NCBI GenBank assembly: GCA_047495785.1
Contig: JBLDXI010000048.1
Coordinates: 806,001 to 870,000 of the forward strand
Direction: 5' to 3'
DNA length: 64,000 bases
Origin: Lepidodermella squamata
Taxonomy: Eukaryota > Animalia > Gastrotricha
Shown here: in pieces, positions 1 to 12,467 of the stretch
How positions within the stretch are numbered: the first letter of the stretch is position 1
Layout: every line of letters starts with the position of its first letter
Made by a program: the position numbers and the translations under genes
The notes under the pieces: generated by a model
Seen by the model: only the letters and a program-made list of their open reading frames with translations
What the model was told of the DNA's origin: nothing
The model's database searches: none

Positions 1-67
1 TCTCTGGTCATCTTTCTCTACGGATTTGAAAACGTTAAATCTTGATTTACTCTCAAACTAATATCAG

Positions 68-551
68 TCGCGGCTTCATGACTGGCTTCCAGCTTCAAAC
101 GCGCTACGGCGACCGCAGTTCATGGATCAGATACGGGTATAATTGCTGCGAAGTTCACCCTATTGTTTGCCAGGCATTCGAACGAGAGAAAAATGTTATG
201 TCATGCAGCACGTTTGACTCAGAAATCGAGCAGGGATGCGAGTACTCGAAAAGAGTCGGCACGACGAATTCAAAATCGACGTCGAACGGCGGCAGCCAGG
301 CACATCAGATATCGCTTTCGGTTGGTGCATCGCTGTTCGGCATGTTTTCGTCCCAGATCGGCTACAGCTATACGTCCAGTGTTGATTGGCGCATCGAATC
401 GTCAGAAACGTTCAGCAGCGAAACCACAATGCGAAGTTCGTTCACATGCCCGCCTCGCACGCTGTGCCAGATGAAGCAGGTTGTTGGCGAGTGTGGCGAC
501 TACACTGTTCGCACGAGCCATTTCAAGCTGTCCACTCGCCGTATCGTTTGA
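68..551 (+). CDS. Last exon of a probably secreted protein with an aerolysin/ETX-MTX2-like beta-hairpin C-terminal domain (5' part outside the window)
   Basis: ORF 42..551. Ser/Thr-rich alternating strands (CEYSKRVGTTNSKSTS...ISLSVGASLFGMFSSQIGYSYTSSVDW...SETFSSETT) followed by PP-x(7)-QVVGECG. A cag acceptor at 65-67 suggests the exon start. Confidence 0.55.
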
Positions 552-854
552 GTTCTCAGTGAATTTGAGCCTCGAGCTAATGGAATGCCCAATGGTTCAG
601 AGCTATGATCAGTGCGCATCCCCTTCCCAACATTCACATACATATCATGTGCCTTCAACCTATCCTGGTTACAATGAGACATGATATCTTTGTAATATTA
701 GTAAAATGTGATCACAGTTGGAAGGTTTTTTGAGATAACAAATGGCATCAAACAATGGGATGCAATTTCTCCGCAAAGTTCCCCTTCGTGGACGGTGGAA
801 CCCCTGTCATGAAATCTTCACTCTTCCGCCTTCGAGTTTCCCAAGCCTGGTGCC

Positions 855-1762
855 TTGTGCAACTTTCATTGCTAGTAAATGGAAAATCCTTGTGCTCCTT
901 GAAGGCAGCGTTGAACACCCAACAAACGGCGCGGTCATTCTCGTCCAACGCCATAGATTGATAGAAATTACCTTTGAAGATATTGAAGTAGTGGGCGAGG
1001 AAAGGTAAACTATGCTCAGGGCTGAATGCTAGAAAAATGGGTTGGATGTGCTCAGATTTTCAGAAAATTCTTCAAGCTTGGCGACTTCTGGTTTCCGAAT
1101 TAAAACAGATTTCTTATTAATTTCTTGAATTCTGCCAGTGAGTTCAAGTTCACGCTGCTGATTTACCTCAAGTTCGGGCATAAAATGGCTCGCTGATTAA
1201 ATATTTTTCATTGCATATTTCCCTTTTCTCTTGAATGCTAGTTCTCTTAATAATTTGATTCAAATTTAAAGGGCGGGTTTTAAATCACAAAGCAATTAGG
1301 TATGTTATAACAGAAAAATCAATTTCAAAATACTTAATCAGAAAATTTCAAAATGTTATTGGTAAAAATGCCTGATCTAAAATTCCATATAGCACTATCG
1401 ACAACCTTGATGTGGAAGACCAGTGAACCTGAAAACTTGAAGGAACCTAGTTGACCTTCGAAAAAAGTTTATCAAAATTTTCAAATAATAAAAATGATAA
1501 AAAATTATTAGTTATAATTATTAGTTAAAATGTGGGTCACTCTGATTGCGCTGTTATAAACCTTAATTTTCGAATTTTTTGAAAAAGGTTTTCGAGCAGG
1601 GGTAAAAGAAGATTGTGTTAAAATATTATTATTCCAAAAATACAGATTATTGGGGCATCACAGTGTAATACCGCGGCAAAAAATTCAAGCAAGCATGTAT
1701 ACTGAAAATGGCTGTGGTGGGCATTCACAGCCCGAGATCAACTTCTTAGTCGCTCGAGCCAT
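855..1762 (-). pseudogene. Aldo-keto reductase relic: N-terminal fragment (~1715-1762) and C-terminal fragment (~860-955), middle lost
   Basis: ATG at 1762 gives MARATKKLISGCECP (intact copy MAPVTKKLNSGYECP). ORF 748..954 gives ALDENDRAVCWVFNAAFKEHKDFPFTSNESC (intact copy ALDENERVVGWEFNPAFKEHKDFPFTSKESC). The upstream sequence is also homologous. Confidence 0.8.
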
Positions 1763-3589
1763 TTCGAGTTGAAAATCTCTAGGAAACAAAACGTTGTTAA
1801 AGAATAAAAATGCTTCAATGGGTGGCGTTATATAGCTTTTAAAATATCTGCCCGACCAATCTGGACAAAAATTGATTCTATGAAATTGCCATCACGGAAA
1901 TATTCGCCATAAATAATACGTGTGCATTGATTAACCGAGTGCGCCGTAGAAAAAAATAGAAGCAGGCCTCAAAATAGGGTGTGAGAAATTCGGCCGACCT
2001 TCTTGGCCAAAAAGTGATCACATGCCGCTAGACATAGAAATGTTTGATGAGAAAACAATTTCACACAGGTTACTTTATAAATCAATTGAGTGCATCATGT
2101 ATAGGGTTTCGACTACATAATTAAAAATCGACGTTTGAGTTGCGTTTATTACTTACCTAGCGTAAATGATAGGTCCAATGAATTTGTTACTCCAAGTGAG
2201 ATGATGGGATGATGAGCAATATGTTTCGAAATTAACTATATTATCAGCTAACGTTTAGGCCGGAAAATAGCAGGCAGTATAATAATCTAACTATTATATT
2301 TTTTTGTTTTATTAGTCCTTAAATAATTATGGTGATTTCACGAATTTTGAAAAATTGGCAAATACTGGGCGGGGAAGTAGGTGAAATATATGCACAGCGT
2401 TGAATGTGAGAAACGTGGGATTTCTGAATGTGATTGGAGCACAAATCGACATTCCGAAAATCTTTTAAGCTGGGCAACTTCGTTCTGCGCGTCGTTCTGC
2501 GGGACCCCACATTATAGAAATCGATTCCTCATTTTACCGGAACCAAATTTATGGTTAGCGGAATCATTTTGGGATATTTCGTGGTTGTCGAGATTGAGTC
2601 CAGATTGTCGAGTTCCAATCCCTACTTTCGCTATAAAATTTTCAGAATTTTTCGAATAAAAATAATGTCCAATCGAGAAATTGAGCAGCTGGACCTTTCA
2701 GCACTACCCACAAATTGTAAGGATTTGAAGAACTTGAAGAAAAATGTTTAACCTTGGCAAAGGAATCATCAGAAGTTCCAAATGACGCCAAGAAAGAATA
2801 AATAATTATATAATGATTTCGAATTGAAATGTGGCTCACGGGTCGCGCCGATTGCGCTGCCAATAGACCATCATTTTCGAAGTTTCTTAAATAATTATCG
2901 AGCCGTGGAGATAATTACAAGAAAGAAAGCTAAGCGTTAGGTGTTAATTTTTCGTTTATAAAATTATAAAATAACGAATATTTGAGTAATAACGTGGCTG
3001 AAATTATAAAACCAAAAAATATTTAGAAAATTGCTGAATTTTCTTATTTTTCGTGAGAAAATGTCAAAATGCTCGTTAAGTGGCAAAAATTAGCGGGATT
3101 AAGCGTATTTCTTACGCGTGGTTGAACAGGCCACCTTGAATTCCTCAATGTTTTCTAACCAATGCCGCAATTTATACCTTTGCTATGTACTATCGTAAAA
3201 ACTTGCAATTTCATTGATCACCCAGCCGCAAAACACGTACATAGTATATATGGTATATAGCATCACTTGATGTGTGTGCGCGATAATATTGAAATATCGA
3301 TTTTCTCCAGCATTTTTAACTTTCTTTTGAACCATTTCATCGATAAAATAAAAGAGTCGATTTCAGCAATTATTTTCTATTAGAATAACTTTTATTTACA
3401 GCTCATCTATTGTTTTGTGTAGCATTTTTCCGATTGACAATGACGAAACTGGAAGGAAATGCGCGAAAGATAGGGACCATCAGAATGAAATAAACAATTC
3501 CATTTTTAATAAGTTGGCAGCGATGCGGAACGGCGAGAATAGATTTTCGCCCATAATTCGCCCCTTCGCTGGCTAAAGCCTCTTGCCAC

Positions 3590-4700
3590 GAACGAGCTGA
3601 TGATAGCTGACATTCTCGATTTTATAATGAAAGAGGTGAACTGCCTGGAGATCAATCCCGGTGACATTCTCGTCTCATACATCTCTTTTCACGAGTCGCC
3701 GAAACAATCCAATATCTTGTTGAAAAAGCTTTCCATGAGGACTGGTTGAACAAACAATACAAATTGAATTTTACCAAGGCAATAAGCTGCAATGCCTCCT
3801 TGAATTGGCTGTGAAGGACCAACTATTCACCTACAACGGCTCGCTCTACCTCTAAGCCGAAGGGGTCACAATGGGAGCGTTTATATGGCGTACGCCTTCA
3901 TGAGTATGCTGGAGGAGCGACTAGCTAAGGATGGCCACCTAACCAAATGCTATCGCAGGTTAGTGGATGACACACTGATACACTGATACACTGATATCAG
4001 ACACGCTCACCATCATACCCGGCTCAGCAGCGGCCAACGAATTTCTGGGTGTCCTCAACGGTCTGCATCCGTCGGTGGATTTACGATGCAAGTTGAAGAC
4101 AACAACCGGATCCCTTTTTGCGGAGCTCTGTCAGCAAAAGCGGTATTGGAAACGGAGGTCTACAACAAGCCAAACTAGATACGGGACTTCTGCTTCACCT
4201 CAGCAAGTGGATGGCAAACACAAGAAAGTCTCTGGTCAAAACAATGTGGTACCGGCTAATTAGTCATTGGGACGCCTTCCACATTGAAGTTTGCAGTACT
4301 CAAACTTGAATATCCCTAAACTCTTTTCGAGCAAATTTTGGCTGCTATTCTCGATCGAGTAGTCACGGTGGGCATTCAGACTGACAAATAGAAGTCCGAG
4401 CCGGCGTGATGCATCGTGTCCTACAAGGACGACAGGTGCGCTCGCAAACTCAAGTCAGGATTGAATGACGTCGCCGGGAAATTACAAGTGGCAATCCAGG
4501 CTACATTCACCAGCTGGAAAATTGCGGCGGAAAATTTGGGGCCAAGGAACCAAAGCCAGACCTTATCAACAGCCAGCGCGACGTCTACCAGTTCAAATGT
4601 GGCAGTGCGACGTTGTCTATAATATGGGGATGACGGAAAAGCACCTTCACCAGCGCGTCGAACAACACTGGCTGCAGTCCAGAACTTGCGCTGTTTATTA
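3590..4700 (+). mobile_element. Degenerate Penelope-like retroelement fragment (RT + GIY-YIG endonuclease)
   Basis: Broken frames give LFTYNGSLY..GVTMG, YRRLVDDTL (RYVDD-like), LNGLHPS, EVYNKP, KSLVKTMWYR, and VYQFKCG...GMTEKHLHQRVEQH (GIY-YIG-like). Many stops and frameshifts. Confidence 0.8.
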
Positions 4701-4945
4701 GACGAGAGCATATTGATAAAGAAAATCAAACTAGCAGTGAGCCTAAGCGTGCAATCAGATTACATCAAAGTTATGCTATTTCAGTGCTATTCATAAGTTT
4801 GTTGTTGAGTTACTTTTTGTTGCCTGAATAGCCGAATAATGAATGACACAATGAAAAAGATGAACATATACTTTATTATATTATGGCAGAACTTCGCATC
4901 ATTTTGATAATGTTATATTGTAATGAGAATTCAGGTTGTTTCAGT

Positions 4946-5899
4946 TTAGCAACTTTCTTTGCTTGTGAATGGGAAATCCTTGTGCTCCTTGAAGGCCGGG
5001 TTGAACTCCCACCCAACAACACGTTCATTTTCATCCAACGCCTTGATCTTCGCCATATCCTCAGCACTCAGTTCGAAGTTCCAAATGTCGAAATTCTCGG
5101 CAACACGAGCCGGGGTAACACTTTTCGGGTTAGCGAAAATCCCAAGCTGGATCTGCCAACGAAGAATGACTTGGCCTGGCTTCTTGCCATACTTGGCAGC
5201 TATCTCCAATAAAGTTGGATTTTCGAAAACATTAAACTGTTTTTTGCCCGGGTAGTTGAAGCCAGGATTCCCAAAAGAAGAGTAAGCCGTAAAATTGACA
5301 CCATGCTTATGACAAGCCTCGATAAGCTTCAAATTCTGGAAAAACGGGTGCATTTCACACTGGTTCATAGCCGGCTTTATCTTCGCGTTCTTGACTAATC
5401 GCTCGACTTGGGCAATGTTGAAATTCGATACGCCAATCGAGCGAATCAGACCGAGACCGACAGCTTCTTCCAGCTTAGCCCAGGTTGCTTCAAATGTTGC
5501 CTCCATATCAACAGGCGGCTGTTCAGGCAACGGGTCGGACCATTTGTAAGGAACGGGGAAGTGCAGCAGGTACAGATCGATGTAGGTCGTTCTCAAATCA
5601 GCGACTTGCTTCTTGACTTGATCGATGACAACTTTCGGATCGAAATGACTGATGTAAAGTTTTGTCGTGATGAAGACGTCCTCGCGTTTTACAACGCCTT
5701 CTTTGTAGAGTCCTTCCAAAATTTCACCGATCAATCCTTCATTTCCGTACGATTGCGCGGTATCAATGTGGCGGTAACCTGCTTTGATAGCGGCTGTAAG
5801 GCCGTTTCTCAGCTCATCCTCGTTCTTTGATAGCCAAGAGCCGTAGCCAAGCTGTGGGCATTCGTAGCCCGAGTTCAACTTCTTAGTCACAGGTGCCAT
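4946..5899 (-). CDS. Aldo-keto reductase (AKR1-like), intronless CDS, 317 aa
   Basis: GYRHIDTAQSYGNE, FITTKL, YLLHFP, IGVSNF, NQCEMHPF, NPKSVTPARVAENFDI. The Asp-Tyr-Lys-His catalytic tetrad is present. Confidence 0.95.
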   Translation of the reverse strand: MAPVTKKLNSGYECPQLGYGSWLSKNEDELRNGLTAAIKAGYRHIDTAQSYGNEGLIGEILEGLYKEGVVKREDVFITTKLYISHFDPKVVIDQVKKQVADLRTTYIDLYLLHFPVPYKWSDPLPEQPPVDMEATFEATWAKLEEAVGLGLIRSIGVSNFNIAQVERLVKNAKIKPAMNQCEMHPFFQNLKLIEACHKHGVNFTAYSSFGNPGFNYPGKKQFNVFENPTLLEIAAKYGKKPGQVILRWQIQLGIFANPKSVTPARVAENFDIWNFELSAEDMAKIKALDENERVVGWEFNPAFKEHKDFPFTSKESC

Positions 5900-5963
5900 T
5901 TCGAGTTAATAATCTCCTAGAAAAAACGTTGTTTAATGAATGAAAATACTTCAATAGGTGGCG

Positions 5964-5971
5964 TTATATAA
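5964..5971 (-). promoter_or_regulatory. Probable TATA box of the AKR gene
   Basis: TTATATAA lies ~65 nt upstream of the ATG. A similar TATA-like motif sits at the equivalent position upstream of the broken copies (~1828, ~6613). Confidence 0.4.
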
Positions 5972-6384
5972 GGTTAAAACCTATTTGCCCCACTTATTTG
6001 ACTATAAAAATAGACTCTACGAAACTGTTATAATCACGGAAATATATTCGCTGCGAAAAATACGTGCACGCTATTGCATTGATTAGCAAAGTGCGCCGTA
6101 GAAAAAATAGAAGCAGGTTTTCCGCTACATACTAATGAATTTGGGCTATTAATAAAAGAATTAATACTCAAAGACAGAGTAACTTTTTTGAGGTTTAAAA
6201 TCAGCGGTGAGTCAGAAAATGTAGGTATTTTATGCAAAGGCGGGGAAGATTATTTTTATTTCTCTATGCCACTGGTCTTCTGACGATTTAATTAGTAATT
6301 ATTTTTCGCAATTATCTGCATTCTTTTAGAAAAATTGGTTGGTATTTGTGGACAAGGTTGAAAACATGGAAGCACGAAACCAAA

Positions 6385-6546
6385 AACTCCTCGTTGCCGT
6401 AGTCGATGTGGCGATAACCGGTTTTGATCGCCGCTGTGAGCTGTGAGGGCGGTTTTCAGCTCAGCGGGATATTTAGCCAGAAATGTGCCGTAGCCAAGCT
6501 GCGGGCATTCGTAGCCCGAATTCAACTTCTTAGTCGTTGGAGCCAT
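6385..6546 (-). pseudogene. Truncated AKR paralog (5' end only, frameshifted)
   Basis: MAPTTKKLNSGYECPQLGYGTFLAKYPAELKTALTA, then a frameshift. The GYRHID-like sequence continues in another frame and homology ends near 6385. Confidence 0.8.
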
Positions 6547-7526
6547 TTCGAGTTTAAACTCTCTTAGATAAACAAAACGTTTGCTACTGAATAAATGCTT
6601 TTAATAGATGGTTTTTATAGGGTTAAATAAATTTGCCCCATTTACATACTTAACCAAAAAATGCTTCTATGCCACTATTTCATTGATTAACGGACTCTGC
6701 CTTAGAAAAACAGCATATATGCTAAACTACGTGATATATATACGTGATGAGTACAAAAACGATTAATGCTGTAAGACGGAGTAACTTTTTTGAGGTTTAA
6801 AATCAGCGACGAGACAAGAAGTTTTGATTTTTCAAGGTGGGAATTATTGGTTGATCTGCAAATTTCAAGATTTCAAGAATTATTATTTTTGACAAAATTC
6901 GGGAAATAGTGGGCGAGGAGAAGCAAATTTGCATGAGAAATGAGTATGTATTTGAAAGACGTCGCTGAATTTTTAATTTTTCGTGAAAAACTATCATATT
7001 GCGCTTTGATTGGCGAAAATTAACGAGATTGAGCGTATTTCCTAACTCGTTTGAACAGGCCATCACCGCGAGTTGCCCAATGCTTTCAAAACTGATGACG
7101 CAATGTAGACCTTTGTTGTGTCCTGCATATTATCGTAATAACCAGCTCAATTATATTGATCACCCAGCGATTCAAAAATGAGCCGATTTCAACAATTTTC
7201 TATTAGAATAACTTTTATTTACAGCCGTCACATCTTTCAGCTCATCTAATGTTTTCAATTGTTGCATTTTTCAATTGCTAATAATGAAACTGGAAGGAAA
7301 TAAGCGAAAGATAGCGACCAGAATGAAATAAACAATTCCATTGTAATAATTTTTACAATAATATATAATCATCAAAGTTTATAGCTGCCGTAATATTTTA
7401 ATTTTTACACGCAATTCGGGGCTTTCAGCCTCAAAAACAGGAATGTTCTTTACACGCATCATAACTGATCGCATGAATCAGTCGGAAATTATACAAAATA
7501 TATAAGTTTTTCTTTCGCCGACAAAA

Positions 7527-10500
7527 TCACTGAAAGCAGACCACATCTTCATCGTCCCATAGACCAGCTAGAATGAAAGGCCGTTTCGCAACCGGATCTA
7601 ACGGAGCTACAACAGCCGTGACTTTCATTGAGCACCAGTCAGGCGCATCGTCCGCATACCGGCCAAGCGAGCCGGAATAGGACGAAGCCCAAACGCATCG
7701 CCATCTACCTAAATCAGAATTGGACCTTCTCCGGGTGGTCAGGGACCTTGGCGCGAAGTTATCGCTATCCCATTGAGCTTGGATTCCGCCAACTGCTGCA
7801 AACATCTGAATTCGATAGTTCCCGGCATCGGCAACTAGTAACTTCCCATCAGGGTCAAAGTGAAGCCCATCAGGCGACTTAACACAGCCATTTTGGGTCC
7901 CGAGCCAGGCTAGAACTTGTTCGAATTTCTGTTCGAACCTCACGATAGGTTCCAAGATGGAACCTAGGTTCAACTTCGAAAATTCCGGTTGAAGCTCCAA
8001 TTGATCACTGAACCCTTTTGAGGTAGGTTCCAAGCTGGTTCCGTCAGGTTCCAAGTTGGTACCAGCTTGGTTTTCGATATACCCGACCACTCCGATGAGG
8101 TGAAGACGGGAATTCGATAAATCGCCAACAGCTAGCGTGATATGCCACGTTGATTCTACGCCTGGGGATAAAGTCGCGAAGGCAGCGATGCGGAACGGCG
8201 AGAATAGATTTTCGCCCATAATTATGTCGGGGTTGAAAGTTATTTCGCTGATTAGGTGGCTCGAGGCTGAATTGCCGTTCTCTACCGTTGCCGACCAAAT
8301 GCCGATCGTATTCGGCTTTCGATGGCAACACGCAATTGCGGATAGTTGCGGCAGGGCGGCCAGACCCCAGAATTGGCGGTTTTTATCGCTGGCTCGGGCT
8401 GGTACTAGGGTGTTCAATTCGACGGGTACTACGTCGGCGTCCTTGTCTTTGCTGGCATTGGCGATTTGTTGGAAATCGGCCCATAAAATGCCTTCGTGAA
8501 GAGGGACGACGGTGAAGTAGATGCGATTCGTGACCGGGTCGTAGGCAGAGTGACACAACTGAGTTCGGCCTTGCAGGCGACTCAGCGGCATCTGAACGCG
8601 ACTACGCCATAAAACTCGGGCACGTTCTGAAGGTTCATTCGCAAGACTCTGAAACGGAGAAAATTCTCAATTATATTTTCACGAAATTAGGGGAAAATCG
8701 TTAATATTCAATTTTAATTGAAGTGATTTGCCCCACTTTGAAGTAGGACAAAGCCATTATGGGACATTCACTCAAGCTCATAATGGAAACATGAAATGTG
8801 CGTGATGTCGGCGAAAATATCAAATGTACGCGATAGAGTTTTTACAGAATGCTTACAGAATTTCCGGTCAGTTTTTTAACTTTTTCGCTCTGTTTTTAAA
8901 TGACTCTCATAGTTTAGGCCTCATAGTTAAGACATTTTTATCTCGCATTGTTGTCGTTTTTCTCATGGATTTTTTCCAAACTTTCACCGATTGGCGATAT
9001 CAGCGTTGAATTACTTGAGCCTTCCGTGCTCAAAATTTCCAAATACTAATAAAAACCTCTGCCAGCATTAAACAAATTGATGATTGAAATTTGATAGAAT
9101 AATTGGCATGGGTTCAAAAAAGAACGTTAATTTGGACAAAACACGGACGGAAAAATGAGATGCTAGGTACCCTTCCGGGTGAATTGCCAATGTACTCGCT
9201 ATTTGAAAGCATGAGGTAAAACTAAAACATACAATTTTAATACGTCACCAATAGCAGTAAAAAAACGGAATATTATTTTTTTAGCAGAACCTAACTGGCA
9301 TTTTGCGGAACCTTACCTAGTAGATTAATGTCAAGAGTCCCTTTTTAAATGATTGATTCTACATGAGATTGGCGCGAAACGCGAAGTATGAGTTCTGAAT
9401 TAAACCCGCAGTCTTATAGAGAGTGTTATACGCTGAATTAAATTGATTTTTTTAGAATTACTTAGGTCAGTCTTGATACCCAAGAAATATCAGAAAAATG
9501 AATTCAGGTCAGTATAGAGAATTTTGTTTCGCTTCAGAAAATTAGGTTCCGGTAAAAAGAGGACCCGTAAAAAAATTTAACTCAAACATATTCATCGAGA
9601 ACAAGCAGTAGTAATATAAGGATACTTCCTATTTATTTATGAGCTCTAATTTATCATCAATCGATTTTTTAACGAAAAAAATCCGATAACGAGACGAAAT
9701 GAAAATGACCCTTTAAATTATTTTGAATCTTGTAAAATAGAATGCAATTGATTCCCCGTTAAATTGAAGGTCCTTACCACGGATTGTCTGCAGTTTCAAA
9801 GCTAATTAAAAACCGTTATCAGAAACTGAGAAAATTGGGAAAATTTTGAAAAAATTATGGGACTACTCCAAAACAGCCAAACAAAAACGAAAGAGACCAA
9901 AACAGCCAAAAAAATCCGATTGTTCTCGTTGCGCAACAATCGAAAAGTTTGGCTGTTATGGTATCATTTATTTTAGTACGGGCAGAATTCGGACTCGGGC
10001 CCCAACAGTGTCATTTGTTTTGGAGTAGTCCCAAAATTATGAAAGTTTAGGGAAAATTACGGGAAAACTCCTCAGTACGTAATTTGTTGAGCATGAGGTA
10101 AGTCAAAATTAGGCGTAAAAATGACATAGTTAAAAATATTTTTCTGACGATTTTTCCGCCAAAAAAACCAAGAATAGGAAAAATTATGTTTTGAAGTGAA
10201 AATTTCGAAATATTTCCAGAAACTTACGAGTATATGGCCGCGGAAGCATATGACAGCCGTAGTATTATTCGGCAAAACAATAAGATCAGCCACGCCAGAC
10301 GGCGCATTCAGCCACTTGTGCTTAAGCGCGCCGGCGGTGCGCGGCGGGTCGAGGCGGCGCGACGGCTTCCACGCCGCCCAGTAGGCCGCGCGCGCGTGCG
10401 TGCACTCATCGACGTGCGCGTCCAGCTCGAAGCGGTCCAGTATGAGAGAACAGCCGGCAAAGGGACATTTGACACGGGCGTACGCGCACGTTGTCTCGTG

Positions 10501-12467
10501 CGCATCAACCGAAGCCAGCGTTTCTACAACGTGGCACCCGCGGTCGAAATTGCGACACCTCAACTGCAGGCCGCTCAGCAGTTTTGTCAACTTTTTAAAT
10601 CGCATATATCATAGAGAAAAATACAAAAAAAATCCATATCAGGTGAGATGAAATTGCCGACTATCGGACAAAGCGTAGGTTTTCGTCCGATAGTGTCAAA
10701 CCTACGTCATTGTTGAGCTGTGTCGGGGTGTAAGTGCTTGGCAATATTTTTCGACAGGAAGGGCAGGTTCGGCTTTCGAGGAACCACTTTTCTATGCACG
10801 GCTGAGTGAAAGAGACAAAATGAAATACGGTCAATATTAGACATCATATAAAGTTCACTTCACGAACTCTAATACTTTATATGGCTTGCGTGACATTATT
10901 GCTACATTGGCTGAGATCCAAAATTTAAAACGGCTAAATAGTGTGATGTGTCATTTTCATGATGAATCATCCGACATGAAACTGTTAATTAAATTTAATG
11001 AATTTTCCAAAATGTGAGCCAATAATTAACCGACATTTCTGATTCATCGATGAGTTCAAAAATGTGATTAATTGTTTTGAAAAAAATACAAAATAATGCA
11101 AAAATATGGGTAATTTTAAGTGAACTAATTAATTGATCACGAAAAATTAACAGAAAATTAAAAAAAATCGGGAATTTGTCCTAATTTCTATTGAGCAGTA
11201 AATTTTAACAAAAATGTTTTCAATTACATGAAAAAAATTTCCTTGAGAAATTTTAGACATTGGCTTCGTGTTATATCGGTAAATTTCGGTCTGAAACTGG
11301 CAAATAAAAAAAAATTTTGTGTACAAAATATCCGTCACGACCTGAAAATTGTATATATCATATCGACGTAAAATTCATTAAATTATCAATCGATTAATTT
11401 CTTAGCAAATGCACTATCGAAAAATTGATCTGTATAGAAAATTCTAGAAAATTTCGAATAAACGTGTTATTCGATCGATTGTTAATTAAATCGTTAAATA
11501 AAAGCCGTCTCGAATTTTGAAGCTAGCAATGTCTCGAATGTCACGCATGATAGCTCGTGCGGCTGAGAAAAATACCAAACGCGCCCCTGGGAGATTTCTG
11601 GAACAACAATTTGTTCGCTATGAATTTATTGTTTTCCGTAAATTCTTGAAATTATGTTTTGAGTACGTTAGTTACTTTTTTTAATTATTTTTGACTTCAC
11701 ACCTGAATGACCTAGATCGATCGTATATTAATGAAATTTTTTGTTCTACTCACCTTGCAAAAAATGTGTCCCACATTATTGACCTCCTGGCACGGCAGTT
11801 GCACCGGGCTTCGCAGTATGCCGAAGCATATCGCACATGTAATAGCAATTTTCTTCTTCTTGCCCTCATTTTCGGCAGTCGAAGCAATTTGTACCACATT
11901 GCTATTATCAGTGATGGCGCCGCCGTTGATTTGCCCAGCCTCGCTGATTATCTCGGCATCGCTGTCGGGCACGCTCGAGCCGAGAGATAGCAGAGATAAC
12001 GTCGACTTCGACCATTCTATCAGCCTTTCACGCTGTACAAAAAAAATCAAAAAATAATTCACCATTCAACATCTCTGAATTTTTATATTGATTCTATGGG
12101 CATTTAAAAAAAAATTAAATAAAATCATTTCGACACAATTTCTTACTTGAAAAAATTGAAATTTCACTTTTCGCAATTTTTAAAAATTCAGGAAATTTTC
12201 AAAAATCTAATTCTTTCTAATTGTTTAACTTTGATTTGAAAATTATGATTTTTTCGAATTTCAAAATTTTGATAAAATTTTAGGATTTCCTGGAATTTTT
12301 TTATTTGAGAATTCTGATTAAATTCGAATTTTTCAAGTGGAAAAAAGTCTTACATCATAGCCGCTGGACGGTAAATTGAGAACCGGGAAAACTTTGAGCT
12401 TCGACGGATCGCCAATACTCCAATTATTAGTCGTTAATTGATCATCGCCAATAATAAAACTCGCCAT
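7527..12467 (-). CDS. Multi-exon putative E3 ligase: RING + TRAF/SINA-type Zn finger + NHL-like beta-propeller
   Basis: Inferred exons 12467-12354 (…SGYD), ~12033-11754 (RERL…CAICFGILRSPVQLPC…GHIFCK), ~10802-10706 (CIEKW…TCPSCR), ~10591-10228 (LRCRNFDRGC…HETTCAYARVKCPFAGC…HVDEC), and ~8649-7527 (KSPDGLHFDPDGKLLVADAGNYRIQMF, NHL repeat). The GYDxxR start resembles RNF41/RNF151-type RING-TRAF proteins. Splicing around 10590-10710 is uncertain. Confidence 0.75.
9859..10032. mobile_element. 174-bp MITE in an intron (17-bp TIR, 8-bp TSD)
   Basis: GGGACTACTCCAAAACA at 9859-9875 has a perfect reverse complement at 10016-10032. AAAATTAT flanks both sides (9851-9858, 10033-10040). Confidence 0.8.

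Noticed and set aside
2249-2940. Possible MITE bounded by CTAACGTTTAG / CTAAGCGTTAG, with short internal ORFs
   Set aside because: Only an 11-bp imperfect inverted match, no clear TSD, and the ORFs have no recognisable motifs.
4883-5830. Plus-strand ORFs overlapping the AKR gene, and similar antisense ORFs over the ankyrin, P450 and LamG exons
   Set aside because: These are shadow frames of well-supported genes on the opposite strand.
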